Source: Azolla caroliniana
Lineage: Eukaryota; Plantae; Polypodiophyta
Length of the DNA stretch: 64,000 nt
Direction of reading: 5' to 3'
NCBI GenBank assembly: GCA_043228905.1
Contig: JBHGNT010000022.1
Coordinates: 1,922,001 to 1,986,000, forward strand
A program made the translations under genes and the position numbers. Of the stretch, positions 13,635 through 25,856 are shown piece after piece. The notes below the pieces were generated by a model. It was not told the origin of the DNA. It did no database searches and saw nothing but the letters and a program-made list of their open reading frames with translations. Each line of letters begins with the position of its first letter. Position 1 is the stretch's first letter.

Positions 13635-14476
13635 ATGTGTTGAGAGACAAGCTCAACATTCGGTGCAATGTACGCAGCGTAACCCAGTGTGTAAACTGGG
13701 TGCGTGAAAAAGTACGCACAACAGGGCCGCATCGATGTGAAAACCGAAGAGGCCGTTAGAGCGTTATTGCTCGTAAAGGAATAATTTTGGGAGTTTGTGT
13801 AGTCGGCTCATTTATGAGTATTCAAGTACTGTCAGTACTTGTGTCGGCCTGATTGTCAGGGCTTGTATAAAAGGTGCTCACTGAGCACGGTGTATGTACA
13901 GATTGAGTATTAGTTTGAATTGAGTTTTTGTGTGCTCTCTCTCTGTCTCTCCCACATATTGTGAATATTCAAGCTCTCCATTAAACCTGTGTTTTCTGTG
14001 TTCGATTTTCTATTGCTTCCGCAAACTATTCTTTTTACATGGTATCACAGCGCGAGGGTTGAGAACCTCTGCAACGGACATAGCATGAAAGGAAAACCAA
14101 CCAAGAAGAATAGGTAAAACAGATGGATAGAGGCATGGCTAGCTCGCTTCCGACAGAGAAGCACAACTGAAACAACTACACATCTTGGTCCTACAAGATG
14201 CACCAGTACCTGCTTGGGCACGGTTACTGGAGCTATGTCGATGGAGCAAATGACATAGCACCTGAGTCGACACACAGAGATTTCCCAGTGTGGGAACAGT
14301 CGGCGAACAGAGTACTGTACTGCTTCGCGTCTTGTGTGGGCGAACAGCTCCTAAGCTACATTCGGGATGCAAAAACACCAAAAGATGCTTGGGGAAATCT
14401 AAAGAAGATTTTCGCCGCAAGCACTATAGCCAGGAAGCTTCAACTCTGACAGGAGCTGAGCAACCTATGACAACGT

Positions 14477-15352
14477 TGTCGTAGTGTAATTCGCACACTA
14501 CGTGAAAAATTACATTTTTGGTCTCTCCGGATAGGACATGGAGTACCCGGTGAGAACCGGAAGAAGGAACCGGTAAGGAGAACCGGCAAGAGCCGGATGA
14601 AGAATGCCGGTGAGAGTCGGTGAGAAGCGAAGAGATCGGTAAGGAGGTTCCGGTAAGAACCGGACAAAGAAAACTAGCAAGCACCAGATGAAGCAGAACC
14701 GGAAAGAGTCGGATGAAGAAGGCCGGTGAGAGTCTCTCACCGGATGAAGAGACATATTTGTAAATAGAAGAAAGTATAAAAATATATATATTACATGCAT
14801 AGGGCAAGATTCGAACCTTGCACCTCCATGTTAATAATGTTAAGCCTTATCATTATACTAGCGTATTATCAATTTTAAAGTTATACTAAACTTTATCCCA
14901 TGTAAAATTTCTAGACATGCATGGTACAAAAAGTTATTCATGCATAGACACTCGAGTTAAAAGAAAAGATGAGATAGAAAGCTAATCATGCACATGCAGT
15001 GTGCATGAAAACTAAAGATAGGAAAAGCATGATGCTTGCATGGGATAAACTTAGACTCTTCCAACACTATATAAGGAAGAGGGAAAGATGTATAGAGTTT
15101 GTTGATTATTTTACAAGGGTTGATTAATATAAGCTAATCGTGGGATTCACGAATTTGCTAACTATTCTTTCTCTCTTAATTTGATTACTCACTAATACAC
15201 TATACTCGTTGGATTCATGAGTTTTTCATATCTTTCTTTCTTACAATATATTTTATATTCTTAATTACCTTAGAATTTTCTTTCCTCCTAGTCCAAAACC
15301 CCAACGGTTCCCACCCAACTCACGCAACGATCCGGAGCCGTAAGGCACGACA
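14477..15352 (+). mobile_element. Solo LTR of a Phygy-like gypsy family inside the copia element
   Basis: TGTCGT...ACGACA termini; TATA near 15068; 3' end CTAGTCCAAAACCCC resembles the 11200 LTR end. Confidence 0.75.
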
Positions 15353-16620
15353 GCGTCCTGGTACTTGCCTCCGACTCCAAACCTCATCTCCAATCTGAGT
15401 TCTAATGATGAGGTCAGCGAGGCCGAGATGCCTCCAGATGAGCCTGAAATCGGGACCCGCGAAGAGAGCCCGATTTCGTTTCAGTTAAGCAGACCGAATG
15501 AGTGACTGAGTCAATTTGACCAGTCCGATGAAGAGTCGGCGAGTAGTGGAGACTCGGTCGTGCATTCCCCGCGCAGGAAACCGAGGAGACGGCTTACGCA
15601 CAAGGAAAAAGGGAAGAAGAAGGTGTCGGAATACGGCACAGATAGGAACGAGTCAGATCGACGCGAGTCCGACTCCGAGGGAAGTGATGACGGGTCTTCA
15701 AGAGCGAAGTTTGCATCGGCTAAGAAAGCCTCAACATCGGCTAATGTACAATTACGCTGATCTACCCGCCAGAAGAACCTTGTTGTGCGGTTCGGATACA
15801 ACAAGTACATGGCGCATCACTATGCGTACATGACCCGTGTAGCGGAAGTGCGTGAACCGGAGAGCTATGCAGAAGCGGTGAAGGACGCGAATTGGTGTGC
15901 TGCAATGGAGGAAGAGATGTGCGCATTGGCGGAGAATGAGACACGGGACCTGGTTGATGCACCGAAAGGTGTGAAACCAATCGGATGTAAGTGGGTGTAC
16001 AAGGTTAAGTACAACACCAACGGCTCGGTCAACCGATACAAGGCCCAGTTAGTAGCGAAAGGTTACGCGCAACAACACGGCATCGACTACGATGAGACAT
16101 TTGCACCGGTCGCGAAGATGACGACCATCTATGTTTTGCTCGCGGTAGCTGCGGCAAAGGGGTGGCACTTACATCAGATGGATGTGAAGAATGTGTTCCT
16201 GCAAGGTGAGCTTGAGGAACAGGTGTACATGGTCCAGCCCCCCCGATTTCACTCCAGAACGAACACTTCGGCGTTGTGTCGATTGAAGAAATCCCTTTAT
16301 GGACTAAAGCAAGTCCCACGTGCCTGGAACGCGAAGATCACGCAGCAACTGCGTCGGATGGGATTTGCGACGTCGAAATCGGACTCCTCACTGTTCATCC
16401 GGAAAGGTTGACTCGGGCCGGTTAGCATTTTGCTTTATGTTGATGACTTGGTCATCATCGGCGCCAACCTAAGTGAAATCGACCGCGTCAAGCTCCAGCT
16501 TGCGGCATCGTTCGACATGAAGGATCTGGGGGACCTTCATTACTTCCTCGGGATCGAAGTGATCCGCACCCCCAAAGGCATACTGATCAGCCAACGGCAT
16601 TACGTGCTGAGAACGCTCTT

Positions 16621-16982
16621 CAAATTTGGGATGGCCGGCTGTAAGTCCGTCTCGACTCCTCTAGATAGAACCGTCAAGCTTTGCCCTGATTCTAGAAAGG
16701 TATGCGACCCGACGCGGTTCTGACAGATAGTCAGAAGCCTTATATACTTGACCATCACCCGACCAAATGTCAGCTACCCGGTCGGGGTGATTAGTCAGTT
16801 CAAATTCGGGATGGCCGGTTGTAAGTCTGTCTCAACTCCTCTGGATAGAACCGTCAAGCTTCGCCCCAATTCCGGAAAGGTATGCGACCCGACGCGGTTC
16901 CGATAGATAGTCGAAAGCCTTATATACTTGACCATCACCCGACTAGATCTCAGCTACCCGATCGGGGTGATTAGTCAGTTCA
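16621..16982 (+). repeat. 180-bp tandem duplication within copia pol
   Basis: CAAATTTGGGATGGCCGG at 16621 recurs at 16801, both units end in GATTAGTCAGTTCA. Confidence 0.9.
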
Positions 16983-18469
16983 TGGCGCAACCTACTGAGG
17001 AGCACCTTTAGTGTGCGCAACGCGTACTGCGGTACGTAAGCAGCACTAAGGACCAGGGGCTACTATATCAGACCAGTACAGCCCCACAGTTGGTCGGCTA
17101 GAGCGATGCCGATTGGGCCAGCAACGTCGTCGATAGACAATTCATGTCCGGTTTCGCGTTCTCGCTTGGGAGTGCCGCGATCGCTTGGAGTAGCAAGAAG
17201 CAGCCGACAGTTGCGTTGTCGAGCACCGAAGCTGAGTATAGAGGAGCGGTTGTCGCGACATGCGAAGCCATATGGTTGAAGCAACTATTTAAGGATCTAC
17301 AAGTGGAGGTATCTGATCCAACGACAATGTACTGCGACAACCTCAGCAACATCCAGCTAGCAAAGAACCCTGTATTCCACGTCCGGACTAAGCACATTGA
17401 GGTGTACTACCATTTTGTCCGTGAGCGTGTCCTCTCCGGTGAAGTCGAACTTCAGTATGTTCCGACTGATTGGCAAACCGTCGACGTCTTCACCAACCCC
17501 TTGGTCTGGACAAGTTGTGGCAATTCTCGGGTGCGCTTGGGTTGTGCACCTCGATGTGCCGAACTTGAGGGGGAGAGATGTCCCAAAAGACCGCGAAGCC
17601 GAGTCGGATGACGAATTCGATTTTGGATTGGCTGAAGAAGCCGAGGGCAGATCCGCAGAAGATTCCGAAAGCAGACATAAGGGGAGCAACCGAAAAAAAG
17701 AGCCGAAGCCAACCAAGCGTGAGGGAAACGAAGCCATCAAGGGTGAGAAGATCGAAGATGAGTTGGAGACAGTCAACTCGGGCGAGAGCGAAAACCGATC
17801 GGCGGAAGCCGAGTCGGCTCGGATGTTTGATTTGGATACGCTGAATCAACCGAGGGCCAAGCGGAAGAGAAGGCAGCAGAAGAGGCGCCAGCACCACAAC
17901 AGCAAGGAAGCTGAGAAGGGCCGTGTGAGTAGACAAGCCGACCGGAAGGGTTGAGGCACGCGGAATCGAACAGGTCGAGGAGCGCGAGCAAGGCGTGAAG
18001 CCAGAAGGAACCGGAGCGTAGATCCGGCGGAGCAAGTGGAACCTCAAGTTGAGCTTGAGGGGGAGTGTTGAGAGACAAGCTCAACATTCGGTGCGAACTA
18101 CGCAGCATAACCCAGTGTGTAAACTGGGTGCGTGAAAAAGTATGCATAACAGGGCCGCATCGATGTGAAAACCGAAGAGGCCGTTAGAGCATTATTCCTC
18201 GTAAAGGAATAATTTTGGGAGTTTGTGTAGTCGGCTCATTTATGAGTATTCAAGTATTGTCAGTACTTGTGTCAGCCCGATTGTCAGGGCTTGTATAAAA
18301 GGTGCTCACTGAGCATGGTGTATGTATAGATTGAGTATTATTTTCAATCGAGTTTTTGTGTGCTCTCTCTCTGTCTCTCCCGCGTACTGTGAATATTCAA
18401 GCTCTCCATTAAACCTGTGTTTTCTGTGTTCGGTTTTCTATTGCTTCCGCATGCTATTCTTTTTACACA

Positions 18470-20911
18470 ATGTAATTGTCGAAAGGGAGAAGGGCACTCC
18501 TGAACAAGTGGGTATAAAAACTGAAGCTGGGAATCCACCCAAATACAAAGCATGGCTCGTGGTGAAAGGCTTTCAACAGAAGAAAGGCGTGGATTTCGAC
18601 GAAATATTTGCCCCAGTAGTCAAGATGACATCATTCATAACAATGTTGAGCATTGTGGCCAGCATGGACTTAGAAGTCGAACAATTGGATGTCAAAACAG
18701 CTTTCCTGCATGGAAATTTGGAGGAAGAAATCTACATGCAGCAGCCAAAAGGATTTGAAGAGAAAGGTAAAGAAAACCTAGTATGATGGTTGAAGAAAAG
18801 CCTATATGGGCCCTCAAGCAAGCACCCCAACAATGGCACCAAAAATTAGAATCCTTCATGATGGGACATGCTTTCGACAAAACACAGGCTGACCACTATG
18901 TTTTTGTAAAGAATTATGATGTAGGAGATTTTTTCATCCTTCTATTGTATGTTGACGACATGTTGATAGTCGAAAAGGACATAAAGAAAATTGCAAGCTT
19001 GAAGAAGGCCTTGAGCAAGTCGTTCACAATGAAGGATATAGGTCTAGCTAAACAAATTCTGGGTATGCACATTTTCCGAGACCGGACCAAGAAATTGTTG
19101 TGGCTATCACAAGAGAAATACATGATGAAGTTGCTCCAGAGATTCAACATGCAGGATGCAAATCCAGTCGGCTCATCACTACCGACCAACTACAAGAAGT
19201 CAATGTCCAAAGTCAAGAAGTCAATTGCAAGAAGTCAAGAGAAAGCTGAGATGAACTAGATTCCCTATGCCTTAGTAGTCGGAAGCGTAATGTACACAAT
19301 GGTTTGCACCAGGCCGGACATCGCATATGTGGTCACAGTCGTCAGTCGATTCATGAGTAATCCCAGAAGGGAGCATTGGACTGTGGTCAAATGGATATTT
19401 CGGTACCTAAAAGGTACCTCGAGTGTGTGTCTTCGATTCGGTTCAGGTAAACCCGTGATGGAAGGATTCACAGATGCCGACATGTCGACTGATCCATACA
19501 CCAACCAATCTACATCCTGATACGTGATGATGTTTGCAGGGGGAGTTGTTTCATGGCAGTCGAGGCTGCAAAAGGCTATGGCCCTGTCAACCACAGAAGC
19601 CGAATATATGGCTACCGTGGAAGCTGGCAAAGAATTCATATGGATGAGAGACTTCATAAGTGAGTTGGGAATTAGACAGGATCAATTCCTACTGCACCGT
19701 GATAATCAGAGCGCCATCCACCTTGCCAAGAATGTTGCCTACCACTCGAGAACGAAATACATCCAACGAAGATATCATTGGCTTAGAGAGAGGGTAAAAG
19801 GAAGGAATTTTACTCTGGTGAAGGTCCATACAAACGAAAACGAAACATGTTGACAAAGGCGCCGCCAATGGACAAGCTAAGTGCATGTCGACAGAGAGTT
19901 TAAGTGAAGGGGGAGTTTGTTGAGAAAAGTGATCCCTCTGGATGGGAAGAACACAAGTCAGATGGAATGGAGAACCAGTCGGATCGGTCAGAAGCCGATC
20001 AATTGAAGAGTCGGATGATAGCTGGCTTATCCGAATTTGAATTCAGATATTGCACAATGAGTCGGATCGTCAAGAGCCAACTAAGCTCTGATTAGAGAGA
20101 TGAGCAACAAACTCGGTCGAAGCCAAAAATCAACTGATAACCGATTCGGCTAATAACCGAATCGGTTGAAGCCGATTCAAGGCTATATTTGTAAATAGTC
20201 ATATATGTATATGGGTATAAATATAGCTAGGGAAAAGTGTAAGTTAGGAGAGAGAGTAGTTGAACAAGTGTGGTTGTTAGAGAAGGTTGCAGACATTCTC
20301 TTGTATTATCTCTTCCTACTGTTGTTGTCATCCGTTTATATCTTAGACGAAGGTTCTGATCATTCGGTGGTGGCCGATTTAGAGCATTGTATCGCCCCTG
20401 ATATATCAGGGAATAATATTTTGGTATATCCACTCATAGTGAAGTTGTTCCACAGTTTGTGGGCTCCCATGGGCCGATTCAAGGCTGTATTTGTAAATAG
20501 TCATATATCTATATGGGTATAAATATAGCTAAGGAAAAGTGTAAGTTAGGAGAGAGAGTAGTTGAACAAGTGTGATTGTTAGAGAAGGTTGCAGACATTC
20601 TCTTGTACTATCTCTTCCTACTGTTGTTGTCGTCCGTTTATATCTTAGACGAAGGTTCTGATCATTCGGTGGTGGCCGATTCAGAGCATTGTATCGTCCT
20701 TGATATATCAGGGAATAATATTTTGGTATATCCACTCATAGTGAAGTTGTTCCGCAAATTGTGGGCTCCCATGGTTTTTCCCTTTCAGGGTTTCCACGTT
20801 AAATATTGTGTCATGGAGTTTCTGTCTTCTTTTGTTTGCGTTTTTCCCGTGTTTATTGTCATTCCTCATTGTTGCTTGTGAACTGGTTGTGGCTAGTTCC
20901 ATATTCTAACA
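18470..20911 (+). mobile_element. Tork/Tnt1-like copia 3' half: RT, RNase H, PPT and 3' LTR 19918-20911 containing a ~302-bp internal tandem duplication
   Basis: QLDVKTAFLHG, LLYVDDML, STTEAEY, DNQSAIHLAKN; PPT GAAGGGGGAG; LTR TGTTG...TAACA; GCCGATTCAAGGCT at 20171 and 20473. Confidence 0.88.
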
Positions 20912-22417
20912 AACATAAACATATACACATATTCAAATACATACGCGCATTATATTTACACGCATACATGAAACTAATTTACGGCCTAGCACATTAACAT
21001 ACACATAAACATATACATCCACATATATGAAATAAATGGACTAGTACACTCACGCACTCATACGTAGATGAGTCTACACATGAATACACACACACACACA
21101 CAAAAAAAAAACGTACAAAGGTAAACAGGAGTGTGGATACCAATTCACACTTATTCACATAGAATTGTTGAAAGAGCCTCAATTTCACACACCGCCAACA
21201 AATAGTAGGAATATTGTGCCTTACAATTCAATAGTTTAACCCATATTCCATGGTTCAAGCCCCTAGCGGTATCACACACATTTCATATACACGCATGCAA
21301 CTTCACAATATTGTAAAAGTTACAAGAAGTTGATGGTCAACTAATTACGTAGCTAAATTCTGGAATAAATGCATAGCAAATTCTTGTGAAGAGAGTAGTT
21401 CTATGGTTTACCATATACACTTGATGATATCAATCTTCCCCATAAATATATTATTATAATTTGACAAATAGTGTAATCACTTCACACCAAAATATTGAAT
21501 CAACTTTTTAAATTAATTTTTTATTAGACTATCGCTTACAAGTGATGGAAATATATATTGGCAAACATTCATTGTCAAATCCTAAGAATAAAGAAAATTC
21601 AATCATTATTCTTTTCTCTTTCTTGGATGCCATTTAGAAATTTATGCACCCAAAATGCTATAAAGAATATAGACGACAACTTTTCCAATGGAAAAATGGA
21701 TCATCTATCTCATGACAACCAAAATAGGTAATCTTATGAGAATCCTATAAGTTTCATACTCTTTGCACGCATTCCAACTTGTGAAATCACTCTCCCCACA
21801 CCATCTTAAGTTTTAAGTTTTAGCCCCTTATGTGTGTTTCGTAATTCAATACAAGTACATACAATAATATGATATTTGTTTGTTGTTCATTATCGAACAA
21901 GTGGGTTTGTACCCTTCGTAGGATACATGAACATATTGTTGTTGAGGCTCTTCAATATTTACAAAATTGAGTATTTTATGCAAAGGGTTGGATAAATTGC
22001 AACTTGCCTAGAAATTTTTGAAGTTAACAAAGGATCTCAAACAAACAAAGGAAACCACACGGTTTGTAAATTAATACAAAATTAAGCATTAGAATTTGAC
22101 AAAATATGTTGATATATACTATACATTGCTTTTCTTTAATCCATTTTTCAAAAAATGAGGCTTTGATTGATTTCACAAGTTGTTTTGCATATGGTATTTG
22201 CAATGGCTACAAAAATGTGGTGATTTATTTGTTGGTTAAGATTTGCCAATTGTGTTATTTCTCTCCAAATGTGCTGCCATGTTGTGGTGTACCGTGTATG
22301 TATTATTAGAAATGTCCTATAGAAGGAGGAGGTTACACAAAAAATGTTTAGGTTACTTGGCAGTTGTGCTTAGGTCTAAGATGTCATTACTTTGAGCATC
22401 CGAATATGGGAGGATAT

Positions 22418-22568
22418 TATCCTTTCTTAGACATTTGGGAATCAAACTCATATTTCCTTTAATTAATATCCTTTCTTAGACATTTGGGAATCAAATTCAT
22501 ATTTCCTTTAATTAATATCCTTTCTTAGACATTTGGGAATCAAACTCATATTTCCTTTAATTAATATC
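22418..22568. repeat. 49-bp tandem repeat x3
   Basis: ACATTTGGGAATCAAA at 22431, 22480 and 22529. Confidence 0.9.
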
Positions 22569-24909
22569 TCTCCTCAAAGCTTTGGTCGCCATCCACATTT
22601 TTTGAACATTGTTGAATGTTCTTTTAAAAAAGTGAACCAATGCTTTGAGAAAACATTTGTGAAGTCATGCTTTCCTTCATATCAAGTAAGTGACTACTTT
22701 TCAAACAATGGAGTCATTCATATTAAGTGGTTTCTTTTAAAATACATCTAGACATTATTTATTCCATCCATAAAGGGAACAATATACATACTAGTTCAAA
22801 CAACAATGGAGTCATTCACAATAAGTGGTTTCTTTTAAAAGACTTCCATAGTTTATTCATTTCATTTGTAAAAGGATCAATATAGATTGCCTACTTTGAG
22901 ATGACATGTGTTTCCATTAAAATTTGAAGTAATTATATTAGCGTCCATACTCGTGGCATCCTCGATTGTATGATTGTGGATGTCTTTTGGCCTTTCAAAT
23001 TTGATAAAGTGGCCATCAACCCAATTGATGACATCTATTAATTGACCAATGTTTTCGGTTCTATCGATGGTGTGATTAAGTGGAGAGAAAATCTTCATAG
23101 AAATTAAAAATATAATAGTGACCATTAGATCAAATTGAATAATGTGTCACATCATTAACCCCGCTCATAGACTTTAATAATCACATTAGATCGCACAAAC
23201 CGATGCTTGTCATTTAATTTATGATCAAATGCTTTCATGATGGATATTTTAACAACTTTTGCAAAAGTTTACAATGCAAATGGATATGGTCATTTCCTCA
23301 TATAAGTGCATGTCAACATTTATAGTTATAACTTATACCTAATAAACAAGGTGTTTCTTTGCGCATTTTCTCTCCAGTCCTGTTCCTAACCATGAGCATC
23401 ATGTCCAATCAAATCATGCTTCATGCTAGTGTTTCCTAGGTTTCAAGAAGCAAGATAATTGCAACACCATTAGAGCTAGAAAATGTGTCCTATCAAACAC
23501 CTTCAAATGTCAACGTTTGGAGTTTTAATGCGTCATTTCCTCATGTAATTGCACTTCAAAGTTCATGATTATGCATAATAAACAAGGCATTTCATTGCAT
23601 ATTGTCTCTCCCGCTCTCTTGGTGATCGTGTACATAAACGCCAATCAACTCGTGCTTCACACTCAAGGTTCCCTAGGTTTCCTAATAATCATAATGCGCC
23701 AACATAGTTGAGGTCAATGCATAGTACTTTGAAGTGATCAATATTGGTCCAATAACACATTTGTGGAACATAAAACATGCATCACTACATATGGATATGC
23801 CACATCCCTATTCCTTTTGAAAAGACCATCAAATGTCTTTCTCAACCTTTAGCCATTGCAATATATTCCTAAGAGCAAACATATGAGTGCATGTAGTAAC
23901 CCTTCAATGTGATAGATCCTTGTCCCATAAAATGCTTACAAGACATATGTCATGTTCATCATATACTTGAAGGTGACACCCATATGTTCCTTGCATAATG
24001 GTATTGTAGCAAAGAAATTCTAGTTCGGGTTCATGTCCAATTGATGCACCATGTAGCTAGTGTGGTAGAAACTCGTCCAAAAAGAAAGCTCATGGTATGC
24101 ACATAAAATGCACATCGTATATGAAGGTGATTAGACAATGTCCCTCAAATGATGGTGTAATGGTAAAGACTATGTTTTAGAAGCTTCTGTTTGGGTTGAA
24201 GCCCAATTGATACAACCATTTTACGTATGCTTGTTATTTAAGTGGTGAAGGGGAAATTTCCCCAACCAACTATCAGGTGAGTCCACCACTGATGTTAAAG
24301 GATCACAATTATGCTTGTTCATAATTGTTCACTAGGTCACAATTTATCCTTGATGATTATTGATTTGTTGGTTATGAATAACCCTAGATCTCCACATGGG
24401 AAGCTCTCTTCAACAAATAAAAAGATGATCAAGAGACTTGCATGAGTTGGAACTTTGTTAGTTCAAACGAAGGTATTGATTGCAAGCTTGTGACCTGCCT
24501 AATTATGAACTCAAGCCTTGAAGGTTTGGTTTGTATAAGGTCTTAATGAGTGACTTGATATAATCTCAAGGATGAGAGTGAGCATATAGTGAGGATCAAA
24601 CTTGTCAAATAAAGATATTTTATTAACGTTCTTGGATGTCAAATATGACCTATGAGACCAAAATTCCAACACCTAGAAAGTTTGATATTTGGTCTTAGGA
24701 TTATTTTACATCATTGTACATAAAAAGTTGTAACCTTCTGGGTAGACAGGTTCAAGTTGTAGCCTTTGGGCGTTTTTTCTTAATATTATTGAAGAAAATC
24801 TTAATAAATAAATAAATATATGACCTATGAGACCAAAATTTAATCAATTTCATGTGTTAGAGGTGGAATTGAGTAGTGACTCTTGATGTCCATGAAAACT
24901 TATTGCCAA

Positions 24910-25204
24910 ATGTGACATGAGAGAGAGAGGTATTGTTCGAAACTCGATGGCAAATGAATCAAAAACTCAAATCATCAGTGCACATGAATGATGTTAGTCA
25001 CAACCTTATTGATATACATATGGGACTTTGATGGCAAAGGAATCACTTACATGGCATGTGACATGAGAGAGAGAGGTATTGTTCGAAACTCGATGGCAAA
25101 TGAATCAAAAACTCAAATCATCAGTGCACATGAATGATGTCAGTCACAACCTTATTGATATACATATGGGACTTTGATGGCAAAGGAATCACTTACATGG
25201 CATA
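24910..25204. repeat. ~146-bp tandem duplication
   Basis: ATGTGACATGAGAGAGAG...CACTTACATGGCAT present twice. Confidence 0.85.
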
Positions 25205-25424
25205 TTACCCTCTTACATGTTTATATGTACAATGGTGGAGTCGATGATGCCGGACACACGATGGAAATTTTATCATCTATGTGACATGAGAGTAAAACCA
25301 TATGAATCTCATATAGCTTATCCACTTAAAAAAGATCAAGATCAAAACAAAGATAAAAAAAAATAAAAAATAAACACAAGAAGGCAAGTTTGGTTCTCTC
25401 GGGCCATCCAATTATATTGTTGTA

Positions 25425-25660
25425 TCAGTATGTATGAATGTTATGTATGCATGCTATGTATGCATGTTATGTATGTATGTTATGTATGCATGTTATGTAT
25501 GAATGTTATGTATGTTATGTATGCATGTTATGTATGTATGTTATGTATGCATGTTATGTATGTATGTTATGTATGCATGTTATGTATGTCATGTTATGTA
25601 TGTATGTATGTTATGTATGTATGTTATGTATGTATGTTATGTATGTATGTGTGTATGTGT
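25425..25660. repeat. Compound (ATGT/ATGTT/ATGC)n microsatellite upstream of the RING gene
   Basis: visible directly. Confidence 0.9.
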
Positions 25661-25856
25661 GTTTTGTTTGACTTAGGGTGGGGGAGGCGAAGACGTGTAC
25701 CATTCTTCGTGGAGCAGGACACACACAGAAGAAGAAGAAGAAGAAGAAGAAGAAGAAGAAGAAGAAGAAGAGAGAAACAGAGCAAAAAAAACAGAGGAAA
25801 TCTCTGAGGTATCTCTGCGTGTGCGGGCTATCCTCGCATTTCTTCTTCTTGTAGCC

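Larger units (their letters stand above)
13638..18467 (+). mobile_element. Ty1/copia (Bryco-like) element with LTRs 13638-14039 and 18066-18467, TSD CAATG; protease/integrase lost, RT-RNase H broken by stops
   Basis: near-identical LTRs; PBS TGGTATCACAGC at 14040; gag MHQYLLGHGYWSYVDG; RT HQMDVKNVFLQG and LYVDDL; RNase H SSTEAEY and CDNLS; PPT GAGGGGGAG; CAATG on both flanks. Confidence 0.92.

Noticed and set aside
25430-25807. ORFs rich in C/M/Y/V and poly-R
   Set aside because: Translations of microsatellites
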